The notes below the pieces were generated by a model. That model had not been told where the DNA came from and did no database searches. It worked only from the letters and a program-made list of their open reading frames with translations. Both the position numbers and the translations under genes were made by a program. DNA of 64,000 nucleotides, from positions 45,820 through 109,819 of the IMG/VR virus record IMGVR_UViG_3300026484_000095. The stretch is one strand, 5' to 3'. Shown here piece after piece: positions 29,292 through 39,535 of the stretch (position 1 is its first letter; each line of letters begins with the position of its first letter). This stretch comes from a virus.

Positions 29292-29513
29292 AAATTCTAA
29301 GAGTTCATTAAATACAAGTTGTTAAGTTCTAAGGTTCTATCTATGGTGAGTAGCATTGAAGAGATACTGAGTAGAGTGATGTAAATTGATTACATCACCT
29401 CATTCTTTATCTTTGAAATGGGGGAATGGGTGGCAGGAATCAAAGTGGACGATGTTTCAAGCATATCGCAGTAAGAGTTACTGTTGAAGTGTCGCACTCA
29501 TAAAGGATTTGAT

Positions 29514-29822
29514 ATGAAAAAAGTAATCACATTACTAATGGGATTTGTTGCTTCTCTATTAGGAGCATTCGGTGGAGGTGGTTCAGCTTCTGACATCAAA
29601 AGCAAAATTGCATCAGGTAAGGCATTACCTCTAAACATTAACCAAAAAACAGGTGTAATGAAAAAAGGTATAGGGACTGGCAAAAATTTAGTTCACGGTA
29701 ACAAAAAGTTATCAGTTGGTAAAGGCTTTGGAGCACCAAAAGCCACTAAGAAAGCTGCCGCAGAAGCTAGAAAAGCTGGACCTAGACCAATAAGAACAAC
29801 TCCAAAGAAAAAAAGAGGTTAG
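29514..29822 (+). CDS. Small Lys/Gly-rich protein with a signal-peptide-like N-terminus
   Basis: AAGGA RBS; MKKVITLLMGFVASLLGAF; followed by a terminator. Confidence 0.65.
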   Translation: MKKVITLLMGFVASLLGAFGGGGSASDIKSKIASGKALPLNINQKTGVMKKGIGTGKNLVHGNKKLSVGKGFGAPKATKKAAAEARKAGPRPIRTTPKKKRG

Positions 29823-29853
29823 GCTTTAAGTCTTAAATCTTAACTGATTTTTT

Positions 29854-29893
29854 AAGGTAGGTAGGGTTTATCCTTATCTACCTTTTTTTTTTT
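29854..29893 (+). terminator. Rho-independent terminator
   Basis: AAGGTAGGTAGGG...CCTTATCTACCTT stem followed by a T-run. Confidence 0.8.
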
Positions 29894-30026
29894 CTTCATT
29901 TTATATTCTTCAATTCAATTACAGTCATTTAACTCCTTATATATGTATATCAGTATTTTAGTAATCTATTTACTGAGTTGTAGTTAAGCATAATTCTACA
30001 AACATTTTAAATCAAAGGAAAAAGTT

Positions 30027-32435
30027 ATGACTAGAGTTCGTAAGAGAGATGGTAGTTTAGAACCGATAGATATATCTAAGATTCATAAGCAAACGGATAT
30101 ATGTAAAAAGTTCCCTGACACAAATCAAAGTGAATTAGAAGTTGATTCACAGATACAATTTTATAATGGTATTACCACTGAACAAATACAAGAGACTTTA
30201 ATTAAAGTAGCGATAGATAAGGTAGATATAGATTGTCCTAATTGGACTTTTGTAGCAAGTAATCTATTTCTGAATGATGTTTATCATAAAGTTGGTAAAA
30301 AGTATAACGGGAACAAAGGTAACCCATATTCCATCCACTTAAAATCAATCATTGATATAGGTATCGCTAATGGACTTTATGTAGATAGTTTCAAGTATAA
30401 CCTTAGTGAAGAAGATATTAACATCTTGAATGATTATATCAAACCTGAAAGAGATGAGCAGTTCACTTATCTTAGTGTCAAAACATTGTATGATAGATAT
30501 TTGGTTAAAGATAAAGAGGGTATTCCTATCGAACTTCCTCAACAGATGTTTATGTTAATCGCTATCTTTTTAACATATCACGAAGAGGATAGGGTGTATT
30601 GGTCTAAAAAATTCTATGATGTAATATCTACATTTGAAGTTATGTTAGCAACTCCTACATTATCTAATGCTCGTAGAACAAGACACCAATTAAGTAGCTG
30701 TTATGTTGGTTCAAGCCCTGATAATATAGAGGGTATTTTCGGTGACTATAGTGAAATGGCACTTCTATCTAAATTTGGTGGTGGTATCGGTTGGGACTAC
30801 TCTATGGTTAGAAGTATAGCAGGTTCAATAGATGGACACCAAAATATTGCAGGTGGGGTAACTCCATTTATCAAAATTGATAATGATATTGCTTTGGCAG
30901 TTGACCAGTTAGGCACAAGAAAAGGTGCAATAGCAGTTTACTCTACTATCTACACAAAAGATTTATATGATTTCATTGACCTTAAAAAGAACAATGGTGA
31001 TGATAGAAGAAGAACACACGATATTTTCCCTGCTCTATTGATTAATGATTTATTTATGGAAGCAGTAATGAAAGATGAAGACTGGGTGATGGTAGACCCT
31101 AATGAGGTTCTAGTTGAGCTAGGTATAAATTTAGCAGAACTTTGGGGCGAGGACTTTGATAAAGCTTGGCAAGAAGTACTGTATAGTGATGTATCAAGAA
31201 ACACTTTACCTGCAATGCAAATATGGAAGTTTATCATCACTTCTTATTTTGAAACTGGTTCTCCATTCTTAATGTTCAAAGATACAGCAAACAAAAGAAA
31301 TCCAAACAAACACGCAGGGATAATCAGAAGTTCAAATTTATGTACTGAAATCTTCCAAAACACAAAACCAAGTTATTATTTAGTTCAAGTTACATTAGAA
31401 GATGGGACAGTTATTGAGAAACCTGAGGATATTGTTATTAAGACTGATAATGGTTCTAAGTTAATCACGGCAGTTACCCAACTAGATTATATAGATGGTT
31501 CAAGAGTTGTAACAATAGAGAAAGTTCGTAAAGGGGGAGAGACGGCAGTTTGTAATCTAGGTTCAGTTAATCTATCTAAGGTAAATACAAAAGAGGATTT
31601 TGAAAGAGTTATACCTATCTTAGTTCGTATGCTTGACAATGTAATCACATTGAACTATTATCCTAATGCAAAAACATATCATACAGTTAAACAAACTCGT
31701 GCTATCGGTTGTGGTGTAATGGGTGAAGCTCAGATGTTAGCAGACCAACAAATTATGTGGGGTTCAAAAGAACACTTCTTCAAGCTAGACGAAATTATGG
31801 AAATGTTTAGTTTTAATGTTATTAAATCAAGTATGCAGTTAGCAATAGAAAGAGAACCTTACCCACAGTTCAAAGGCTCTGATTGGTCTAAGGGTATTCT
31901 ACCTGCATTTGATTTAGATAATATGTCAAGTGGTGCTAAGAGTTTCTTTGTTCAAAGACCATTGACTTATGGTGATAAGTGGGAAGAGCTGAAAGCTATG
32001 GTATCTACTTGTGGTGTTAGAAATGGATATATGATGTCAATAGCACCTACAAGTTCTATATCTATTCTAACGGGAACAAGTCAGTCTATCGAACCTATCT
32101 ATAAGAAAAAATGGTTTGAAGAGAATTTAAGCGGATTGGTACCTGTTGTAGCTCCTAATCTAAACCTTGATAATATTAATTATTATCCAAGTGCTTATGA
32201 TGTAGACCAAATGACAATTATTGAAGCTGGTGCAATTAGACAAAGATGGATAGACCAAGGTCAAAGTCTAAATATCTTTGCTAGACTTGATAAGATAAAT
32301 GGCAGATTGTTATCTAGTTTATATATTAGAGGTTGGCAGTTAGGTCTGAAATCTAACTATTATCTTAGAAGTCAATCACCTGAGGTAGATAATAGTGTAG
32401 AGGACAGAAGTATGGAGTGTGTAGGGTGTCAATAG
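30027..32435 (+). CDS. nrdA: Ribonucleotide reductase class Ia alpha subunit
   Basis: ATP cone VRKRDG, ATPT, LSSC, SNLCTEI, VCNLGS, IAPT, C-terminal CVGCQ. Confidence 0.97.
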   Translation: MTRVRKRDGSLEPIDISKIHKQTDICKKFPDTNQSELEVDSQIQFYNGITTEQIQETLIKVAIDKVDIDCPNWTFVASNLFLNDVYHKVGKKYNGNKGNPYSIHLKSIIDIGIANGLYVDSFKYNLSEEDINILNDYIKPERDEQFTYLSVKTLYDRYLVKDKEGIPIELPQQMFMLIAIFLTYHEEDRVYWSKKFYDVISTFEVMLATPTLSNARRTRHQLSSCYVGSSPDNIEGIFGDYSEMALLSKFGGGIGWDYSMVRSIAGSIDGHQNIAGGVTPFIKIDNDIALAVDQLGTRKGAIAVYSTIYTKDLYDFIDLKKNNGDDRRRTHDIFPALLINDLFMEAVMKDEDWVMVDPNEVLVELGINLAELWGEDFDKAWQEVLYSDVSRNTLPAMQIWKFIITSYFETGSPFLMFKDTANKRNPNKHAGIIRSSNLCTEIFQNTKPSYYLVQVTLEDGTVIEKPEDIVIKTDNGSKLITAVTQLDYIDGSRVVTIEKVRKGGETAVCNLGSVNLSKVNTKEDFERVIPILVRMLDNVITLNYYPNAKTYHTVKQTRAIGCGVMGEAQMLADQQIMWGSKEHFFKLDEIMEMFSFNVIKSSMQLAIEREPYPQFKGSDWSKGILPAFDLDNMSSGAKSFFVQRPLTYGDKWEELKAMVSTCGVRNGYMMSIAPTSSISILTGTSQSIEPIYKKKWFEENLSGLVPVVAPNLNLDNINYYPSAYDVDQMTIIEAGAIRQRWIDQGQSLNIFARLDKINGRLLSSLYIRGWQLGLKSNYYLRSQSPEVDNSVEDRSMECVGCQ

Positions 32436-32474
32436 CCCTACACTAAATCTTTAAATAAAAAAGAAAGGAATAGT

Positions 32475-33551
32475 ATGAAAGACGATATTAACAAATCAAT
32501 TCATAAGAAAATTAAAAAAGTTCGCAAATTGATTGAGAGAAAGAAAATCTATAACCCTGATAGCTCTGAGACTATCAACAATAGACAAGTCTTTGGTGGA
32601 GAACCTAATGGTATCTTTGAAGTAGCTAAGGTAAAATACAAATGGGCTGATAATCTTTGGACTGTAATGGAGAACAATACTTGGTTTCCAAAAGAGGTTA
32701 ATCTAACAGAAGATAAAAGGGATTATCTACGATTATCCAATTCAGAAAAGAATATGTATGATTTAGTGTTATCTCAACTTATCTTTATGGATAGCTTACA
32801 AACTAACAATCTGATAGATAATGTTAATCCATATATAACAGCACCTGAGATAAATCTAGTGTTGGTAAGACAAGCTTATGAGGAAGCTAACCATAGTAAG
32901 TCTTATGCAGTTATGGTAGATGGGATAGCTATTGATAGTGACTCTATTTATGAGATGCCTAAGTTGGTTCCTGAACTAAGAGCTAAAAATGATTACATTG
33001 CTAAGGTGTTTATGGATTTATCAAAAGACCCAACTGAGGAAAATCTAATCTTGTCTATGTTCGCTAATCAGATATTAGAGGGTATCTATTTCTATGCAGG
33101 ATTTACTTGTCTTTATGTGTTAGCACGAGGTGGTAAAATGCTGGGGTCGGCTGATATGATTAGATTTATACAAAGAGATGAAGTAACTCATTTAATCTTA
33201 TTCCAAAATATGATTAATAGTGTTAAGAAAGGTAGACCTGAGTTCTTTACAGATGAACTAAAAGAGAAAGTTTATGATATGTTCAGAGGTGCAGTTAAAC
33301 TAGAAATCGAGTGGGGTCAATTCCTTATAAAAGATGGTGGTGTTCTAGGTCTAACTGATGATATATTTGATAGCTATATTAAATATCTAGCTAATGATAG
33401 ACTTACAGCAGTTGGATTTGAACCTTTATACCCTGAGATAACAAAACACCCTCTTAAATGGGTAGATGATTTCAGTAAGTTCAATGACCAAAGAACAAAT
33501 TTCTTTGAGGGAACAGTTAAGAACTATTCCAAAGGGTCGTTAGATTGGTAA
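32475..33551 (+). CDS. nrdB: Ribonucleotide reductase beta subunit
   Basis: WFPKEV, EEANHSKSY, LEGIYF, RDEVTH, NFFE. Confidence 0.97.
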   Translation: MKDDINKSIHKKIKKVRKLIERKKIYNPDSSETINNRQVFGGEPNGIFEVAKVKYKWADNLWTVMENNTWFPKEVNLTEDKRDYLRLSNSEKNMYDLVLSQLIFMDSLQTNNLIDNVNPYITAPEINLVLVRQAYEEANHSKSYAVMVDGIAIDSDSIYEMPKLVPELRAKNDYIAKVFMDLSKDPTEENLILSMFANQILEGIYFYAGFTCLYVLARGGKMLGSADMIRFIQRDEVTHLILFQNMINSVKKGRPEFFTDELKEKVYDMFRGAVKLEIEWGQFLIKDGGVLGLTDDIFDSYIKYLANDRLTAVGFEPLYPEITKHPLKWVDDFSKFNDQRTNFFEGTVKNYSKGSLDW

Positions 33552-33619
33552 ATATCAATTAAAAATAAAATTGTCTACTGTCTATATGGTATTAAATTAT
33601 TATATAGAGGTAGGCAAAT

Positions 33620-35086
33620 ATGCAAGTTCATACTAAACAAAAAGATGGTTCAACAACTGTAAGAGAGTTCGATTATATATCTATATGGGATATTATAGAT
33701 GAGCTTAGACAGGAGCCAAAAACTACATTAAAACAACAAATCCTTAAAGACAACAAAGATAACTTCCTCTGGTTGAGAGTTCTACAATACACTTATGATA
33801 CATCAAAAAATTATGGTATAAGAGATTTAGACCAAGAGTGCTTCCAAAGGCACAATAAATACAATGCTGAACCCCTTTCTGATGAGTATATGTTTAGTCT
33901 TTTAGATAAGTTAGAGAAAAGAGAGCTGACTGGGAATAAAGCAAAAAGTGAAATTCTTAACTTCTGTCGTAATTGTAATGATGGACTACAAGATTTGTTA
34001 CAGCTCATTTTGTGGAGAGACTTAGATGTTGGTGCTTCTGTAAAATCTTTCAATAAAGCCTACGGAAAAAACTTTATCTATGAATTTAAAACGATGGCCG
34101 CACGGGGTAAGAAAATCGAATATCCTTGCTATGTTGAAACAAAAATGAATGGACAGAGATTAGTTATCGAAAAAGAAGATGGTGTTATCACTTTTAAAAG
34201 TCGTAATGGTAAAAGTTATTCTCCACCCTATCTGATAGCACAAGCTGATTTCCTATTGGCAGAACACGATAATGTTATGTTGGATTGTGAGATAGATGGA
34301 ATACCGAGTGAGTATGGCGAAACTTCATTATACAATTCAGATGCAGTTCGCACTGCTGTTAATGGACACATTAATCAGTTCATCAGAGGAACAGCACCTG
34401 CTGAGTTGGATTTAAAATTTAGAGTAAATGTCTTTGATATGCTGACATTAGATGAGTTCAGAGGTAAGGTAACTTCTGTAATACAAGAGGATAGGTATCA
34501 TAGACTTGAAGATTTGTTTGATGGTATAGAGCTTCATAATTTTAGATGGGAAGAACCTAAGCTAGTTATTTCTATCCCCAAGATTAGAGAGATATACTTA
34601 AATGTTGTATCAAACAAAGGCGAGGGGATTATCATTAAGAAAAAAGGTAAACCTTATCAATTAGGAGATAGCCAACACTGGATTAAAGCAAAGCAAGAAG
34701 TAGAGGTAGACTTAGAGATAGTTGATTTCTACAAAGGCAATAAAAGTGGAAAAAGAGCCGATACTGTTGGTGGTGTGATGTTAAAGACTTCTGATGGCTT
34801 ATTAGAGGTAAATTGTGGGAGTGGTCTAAAAGATGTTGATATGGACTTCATTATGGATAACCAAGATGAATTAATTGGTAGAATTGTTAGAGTAAAATTC
34901 AATACTATTGTAGATAAGAAGACTAGCTCAATCAAATCTCTTTTCTTACCTAGATTTACAGGTGGTAACAAGACTGTAAGCAACTTTGTAGCAAGTCTTA
35001 GAGATGATAAAGATATAGCAAACTCTTTGGAAGAAGTGATACTAGAAGAACAATTAGCACAAGAAAATCTTTTTAAGGAAAAATAA
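33620..35086 (+). CDS. ATP-dependent DNA ligase
   Basis: ETKMNGQR (motif I variant), SRNG, LDCE, FD, EGIIIK, WIKAK, GSG, LFLPRF. Confidence 0.9.
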   Translation: MQVHTKQKDGSTTVREFDYISIWDIIDELRQEPKTTLKQQILKDNKDNFLWLRVLQYTYDTSKNYGIRDLDQECFQRHNKYNAEPLSDEYMFSLLDKLEKRELTGNKAKSEILNFCRNCNDGLQDLLQLILWRDLDVGASVKSFNKAYGKNFIYEFKTMAARGKKIEYPCYVETKMNGQRLVIEKEDGVITFKSRNGKSYSPPYLIAQADFLLAEHDNVMLDCEIDGIPSEYGETSLYNSDAVRTAVNGHINQFIRGTAPAELDLKFRVNVFDMLTLDEFRGKVTSVIQEDRYHRLEDLFDGIELHNFRWEEPKLVISIPKIREIYLNVVSNKGEGIIIKKKGKPYQLGDSQHWIKAKQEVEVDLEIVDFYKGNKSGKRADTVGGVMLKTSDGLLEVNCGSGLKDVDMDFIMDNQDELIGRIVRVKFNTIVDKKTSSIKSLFLPRFTGGNKTVSNFVASLRDDKDIANSLEEVILEEQLAQENLFKEK

Positions 35087-35137
35087 AGGCTTTCTATGTT
35101 AGAATGTTTATAGTTAAAAGATTTAAAGGGTTTTAAA

Positions 35138-35743
35138 ATGTTTAAATATAAACAATTCTTTGATTTTGTCATATTTAGAAAGGCTTATTTTTTAAATATA
35201 CAGAGAAACACTGATAGTCATATAAAATCCTTAGAGGTAGAAAATAATAAGCTATTGGAAGAGCTGAGGGCTTTAAAAAGTGGTTTAAGTGCTAATGTGA
35301 GAGGTAATGAGGATATAGAGCTTATAGGCGATTTACGGGGTCGTATTCAAACATTGCAAAGTATCATTAAAGATGATAGGGCTATCTATAAAAAGAAGCT
35401 GAAACATCTTGAAGATGAGCTAAAAGTCGAAAGGGCTACTGTCAAGAGATTGGAAGTGTCTGTGAAGTCTAGTAATCTACTTATTAAAGATTTATGGTTA
35501 GGGTTAAAGAGAAGTTTATCCAAAGCCCAAAGAACTGATTTTTATAAGAGAGAGTTAGAACAATGCAAAAAAGAGAAAGCAGGGCTTTATACAACTCATA
35601 ATAAGCAGGAGACCCAAATTGAGGGTTTAGAGAGTAGGATAAAAGCAACTATCGGAGAGATAGGTAAATTTGTTAGAAAACAAAAAGAGCTACCTAAAGA
35701 AGTTGTCAATAAACGAAATCTATCAATAGATTTATATACATAG
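35138..35743 (+). CDS. Hypothetical coiled-coil protein
   Basis: ORF. Confidence 0.55.
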   Translation: MFKYKQFFDFVIFRKAYFLNIQRNTDSHIKSLEVENNKLLEELRALKSGLSANVRGNEDIELIGDLRGRIQTLQSIIKDDRAIYKKKLKHLEDELKVERATVKRLEVSVKSSNLLIKDLWLGLKRSLSKAQRTDFYKRELEQCKKEKAGLYTTHNKQETQIEGLESRIKATIGEIGKFVRKQKELPKEVVNKRNLSIDLYT

Positions 35744-35756
35744 TAAAGGAGATACT

Positions 35757-36470
35757 GTGAGTGATAAAAAAATACAGAACTTGTTGAAGTTACAAGATAA
35801 GTTAAATAAAATGTATGCAGATAGAGAAGAGAAAGGCTATAAGTCCGACTATCTCATATCTGATATGAAGGACTTAGAGATAAGGATTTCTAAAATAGAA
35901 AAGGAGTTACTAAAAGAAGAGTATGATAAGGATTTCACTTATTCTATTCTGAAGGATGTTAGAGCTACCTTAGAAGACGATATTCAGTTAGAGAAAGAGT
36001 TATTTTCTAAACTGGAGAGGGTTCGTGCTAACATTAGAAAGAATAAACTGAAACAAGCTAATCTTGAATCAATTCTAAAAGAGCAAGAGGGAGCAAACTA
36101 TATTAGCGAGATGGATTACAAATCCCTTGTTGATAGTTTCGACCACAAAAACTTTGATGTTGATTTGTTCTGTAAGACTTATGAATTGGATTTAACAGAT
36201 AAAGTTAAACATAAGCCATCTTTTGTTATGACGATGTTTTCCTTTTTGAAGTCAAGTGAGGCTTTTGAGGGGTACCTCGAAAATGACTTGATGATTATAT
36301 TCTATCGTGAGATTATGGAGGACGGTAAGAGACTGTCTTTCTCTGAAATCAAGCAAAGGTATTATGCGAATGATGATAAGTCTGACACTTCTTTCGCTAA
36401 ATTGCACAAGAAGATTAAAGATAAACTAAAGAAATATATTAAAGTCCATAAGGATAGTTTACCTTTTTAA
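35757..36470 (+). CDS. Hypothetical coiled-coil protein
   Basis: GTG start with AGGAG RBS. Confidence 0.6.
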   Translation: MSDKKIQNLLKLQDKLNKMYADREEKGYKSDYLISDMKDLEIRISKIEKELLKEEYDKDFTYSILKDVRATLEDDIQLEKELFSKLERVRANIRKNKLKQANLESILKEQEGANYISEMDYKSLVDSFDHKNFDVDLFCKTYELDLTDKVKHKPSFVMTMFSFLKSSEAFEGYLENDLMIIFYREIMEDGKRLSFSEIKQRYYANDDKSDTSFAKLHKKIKDKLKKYIKVHKDSLPF

Positions 36471-36500
36471 AAGCCTCAAAATTCTTATAAAGGTTGAGCT

Positions 36501-36731
36501 ATGGTTGTAAGATTAGGAAATAATAGCTCTACTCCGTTTATAGTGTATGAAGATACTCCTATTTTTGTATCTAAGAGAGATATAACAAAGATACAAGGTT
36601 GTTTAGATGTTCGTACTGTAATAGTCTTTGAGAAAGATGGTTATGTATTTGAGGGTAGAGTTTTTAATGGAATACCTAATGTGGTCTTTAACATTGTTAA
36701 GGGTGTAAAGGTTGCCAAGTCTATTATATAA
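36501..36731 (+). CDS. Hypothetical protein
   Basis: ORF followed by a terminator. Confidence 0.55.
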   Translation: MVVRLGNNSSTPFIVYEDTPIFVSKRDITKIQGCLDVRTVIVFEKDGYVFEGRVFNGIPNVVFNIVKGVKVAKSII

Positions 36732-36751
36732 GCTTGGTGACCTTTTTTTTT
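36710..36751 (+). terminator. Rho-independent terminator
   Basis: GGTTGCCAAG...CTTGGTGACC stem (G-U pairs) followed by a T-run. Confidence 0.6.
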
Positions 36752-36816
36752 ATTTATCCATAAGTTAAAATATACTATGCAAATTTACATATATAATACT
36801 ATTAAGGAGAACTTAG

Positions 36817-37236
36817 ATGAAATTAAAATTTGTATATTATATTTTACCAACTATCATCATTCCTATAAAATCTTGGAACGGGAAGAACCTAAATGCAGTT
36901 GAATTAGGGAATGTAATCCTAATAGCAGAGAACGAGATGGATGATAGAAATGGGTTATTAACTCACGAATTAACACACGCAAAACAGTTTTACAGAACTT
37001 TCGGATTAGCTTGGATATTGTCCAAGGTCAGCAAGAAGTATAGATTGAAATACGAGATAGAAGCTTATGTAGAGCAAATTAAAAAGCAGAACCTAAGCAT
37101 AGAAAACAATTATTTTCATATAGTAAGATATGCAGATTTATTGTATAAGCATTATGACTTAGGGTTATCACAAGTTGATATATTGGCAACCCTGATAGCT
37201 CAATTAGAGGTTAGTTATAAGGTAAAAAAGAAATAG
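36817..37236 (+). CDS. HExxH zinc metallopeptidase-like protein
   Basis: LLTHELTHAKQ...YEIEAY. Confidence 0.6.
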   Translation: MKLKFVYYILPTIIIPIKSWNGKNLNAVELGNVILIAENEMDDRNGLLTHELTHAKQFYRTFGLAWILSKVSKKYRLKYEIEAYVEQIKKQNLSIENNYFHIVRYADLLYKHYDLGLSQVDILATLIAQLEVSYKVKKK

Positions 37237-37267
37237 ACCAAGAAAATTGGGCTACTGCAAAAGTAAG

Positions 37268-37297
37268 GTTAATAAATAGGTTCTTAATTCCTTATAT
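37268..37297 (+). promoter_or_regulatory. Promoter-like motif GTTAATAA-N16-TTATAT
   Basis: Fixed-spacing copy. Confidence 0.5.
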
Positions 37298-37334
37298 GTA
37301 TTATCTTTAAAAGATAAATCAAAAACATTAAGGA

Positions 37335-37721
37335 ATGAGAATGAAAAAGTTACAAATAGTAGGACTATTGGCAAGTGTTGTGTATGAAGAGATTAAGGCT
37401 TCAACTGTTATGGGCGATACAGCAAACAAAGTTAATGCAGGGCATATCCATACTATTGGTTACAAATGTCCAGCTAGAGTTCAACTAGATACAAGTGCAA
37501 GTGTTAAAATCAAAAAAGGTCAAAGTTTAATTCATATCCCATCAGCCGATGCAATTAAGCATAATATTACTGTTAAATTCTTACCAATGAGTAAAGAGGA
37601 TAGAAAGCAACTAAATGTAGAAGTTGTTATATGTGTAGATGGTCAGCTTACAAATGAAACTGGTAAAAGATTGAATGTTATACCAAACAAGTTTGATTTA
37701 GGTGCAGTTGTTATTGTTTAA
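37335..37721 (+). CDS. Hypothetical protein
   Basis: ORF. Confidence 0.55.
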   Translation: MRMKKLQIVGLLASVVYEEIKASTVMGDTANKVNAGHIHTIGYKCPARVQLDTSASVKIKKGQSLIHIPSADAIKHNITVKFLPMSKEDRKQLNVEVVICVDGQLTNETGKRLNVIPNKFDLGAVVIV

Positions 37722-37781
37722 AGCTGTAGAGGTGCAAATAAGCCCTTTACTGGGCTTTAAAAGGTAAGAGGGTAAGAAGTT

Positions 37782-38273
37782 ATGGAAGCTATGAAAGATG
37801 GGTTATATATCGCTAAATGTGATATATATGATGAAGAGCTAAGTGCAACGAAAGATAAGTTATTTTCAGAGGGCTTAGTCTATACAGTAAAAGACGGTGT
37901 AGTGAAAGATAACAACTATAATGATGTAGATGTATCTAGTTGGGACGAAAGCTTCAGAGGTAAATTTGAGTATCAAGAAAATCAAGGGACTGATACAGCA
38001 AACACTGAGGAAGATAGTCTAGTTGGTAGTATGTTTAGCATAATTGAAAAATTATCTAACCCAAAATTCGAGGTGGATATTGTTGAGATACCTTATGGAA
38101 ATAATATCAAGCTAAAAGAGTATCTAAAAGAGGGTTATCAACCTTTAGCTAGTCTAAATGGAAAGGTTAAGCTATTTAATCGTAAAGTAAGTAACGATAT
38201 TGGTGTAGAGTGTCCTTGCCCTAAGTGCAAAGAGAAACGAGAAAATGCAAAGGAGAATGGGAATGCAAAGTAA
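37782..38273 (+). CDS. Hypothetical protein with C-terminal CPCPKC
   Basis: ORF. Confidence 0.55.
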   Translation: MEAMKDGLYIAKCDIYDEELSATKDKLFSEGLVYTVKDGVVKDNNYNDVDVSSWDESFRGKFEYQENQGTDTANTEEDSLVGSMFSIIEKLSNPKFEVDIVEIPYGNNIKLKEYLKEGYQPLASLNGKVKLFNRKVSNDIGVECPCPKCKEKRENAKENGNAK

Positions 38274-38394
38274 AAACAAAAAAGCAAAAATCGGGTTATC
38301 AATACCTGCCTGTGTTGCTATTGATGATATGAAAAAGAGAAACTTTATTAAACAAAATACTGCTGGGTCAAAAGCCACTTCGAGAGGTGTTTAG
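38263..38394 (+). CDS. Small basic protein (43 aa, not in the ORF track)
   Basis: AGGAG RBS; MQSKNKKAKIG...; fills the gap before dUTPase. Confidence 0.45.
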   Translation: MQSKNKKAKIGLSIPACVAIDDMKKRNFIKQNTAGSKATSRGV

Positions 38395-38395
38395 T

Positions 38396-39352
38396 ATGGT
38401 AAGAACAACTGTTAAATGCAAATTGGAAAATGCTGAAATCCCTAGATATGCAACTCTTGAAAGTGCAGGAGCAGATGCAGTAGCAAACGAAGATGTAATG
38501 TGGCAACCTATTTATAGTGAGCCTATTGAAATCTTTGATAGATTAAACATACCTGCAATCAATGATTCAAATGTTAAAGGTTTATCTGAAACAGTAAGAG
38601 GTATTAACCCACTGTATAAATCTATGCAAATCATTGTAGGTTGGAAAGCTATTGTTAGCACTGGTCTATTCTTAGAAATCCCAAAAGGTTATGAGATACA
38701 AGTAAGACCTAGAAGTGGTCTAGCATTTAAGCATAATGTAACAGTTATCAATGCACCTGGCACTGTTGATAGTGATTACAGAGGGGAAGTAAAAGTAGCC
38801 ATTATGGTAGCTGGTGCTTTGGATAAAGAGTTAGCTGTTACTGACAACAATGGTAATTTCATTTATTCAGATGACCCTGAAACAGTAGCAATGGAGACTT
38901 ATCCTATTCTACCAAAGGGGACAAAGATTGCTCAACTGGTTCTAGCGAGAGTAGAACAAGCAAGATATGTATTGTCTGAAAAGCTGAACTCAACAAGTCG
39001 TGGTGCAAATGGCTTTGGCTCAACTGGTCTTAAAGCAGAGGGTTCAACTAAGGTTGAAGTGGAGTTTAAAGTTGGCGATATAAATGTGCTTAATGCAACT
39101 GAAACAACTATCGCAAAGTTCATTCAGAGTTTAGAGCAGTATAACAAAGATATAAAAGGTTTAGACTTCATCTATGATAACAATGTAGCAGATGATAGAA
39201 TGTTGTTTGTTACTTATGATGTCTATGAGTTCGATTACTCTAAGCAAGATTTAGTAGATATTCTTAAAAGCACTATTGATTTGCTTGGTGGTCGTGATGT
39301 AGTAGAGAGAGCTTATCAAGAGCTACCTCCAATAAAAAAGCCTAGCTATTAA
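38396..39352 (+). CDS. dut: Trimeric dUTPase with insertions and a C-terminal extension
   Basis: SAGAD, RPRSGLA, GTVDSDYRGE, IAQLV, RGANGFGSTG. Confidence 0.92.
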   Translation: MVRTTVKCKLENAEIPRYATLESAGADAVANEDVMWQPIYSEPIEIFDRLNIPAINDSNVKGLSETVRGINPLYKSMQIIVGWKAIVSTGLFLEIPKGYEIQVRPRSGLAFKHNVTVINAPGTVDSDYRGEVKVAIMVAGALDKELAVTDNNGNFIYSDDPETVAMETYPILPKGTKIAQLVLARVEQARYVLSEKLNSTSRGANGFGSTGLKAEGSTKVEVEFKVGDINVLNATETTIAKFIQSLEQYNKDIKGLDFIYDNNVADDRMLFVTYDVYEFDYSKQDLVDILKSTIDLLGGRDVVERAYQELPPIKKPSY

Positions 39353-39535
39353 AAGATAGCATATCCATTGCAGTAAGGTGTTTTATCTCCTTACTGTGGT
39401 TTCTAAGAGCTTCTATAAACAAAAATCCTAAACATTATATATAATCTATTAATAAATTGCTTAAAAATGCAAATAGTAGGTTATATATAGTGCTTGACTA
39501 CAAGTATATATAGTATATCAAATAAAGAGGAAAAT

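Noticed and set aside
31360-31545. Active intein in NrdA
   Set aside because: Only about 60 aa, with no C/S1...HN termini; matches the native insert I recall in Campylobacterota NrdA.
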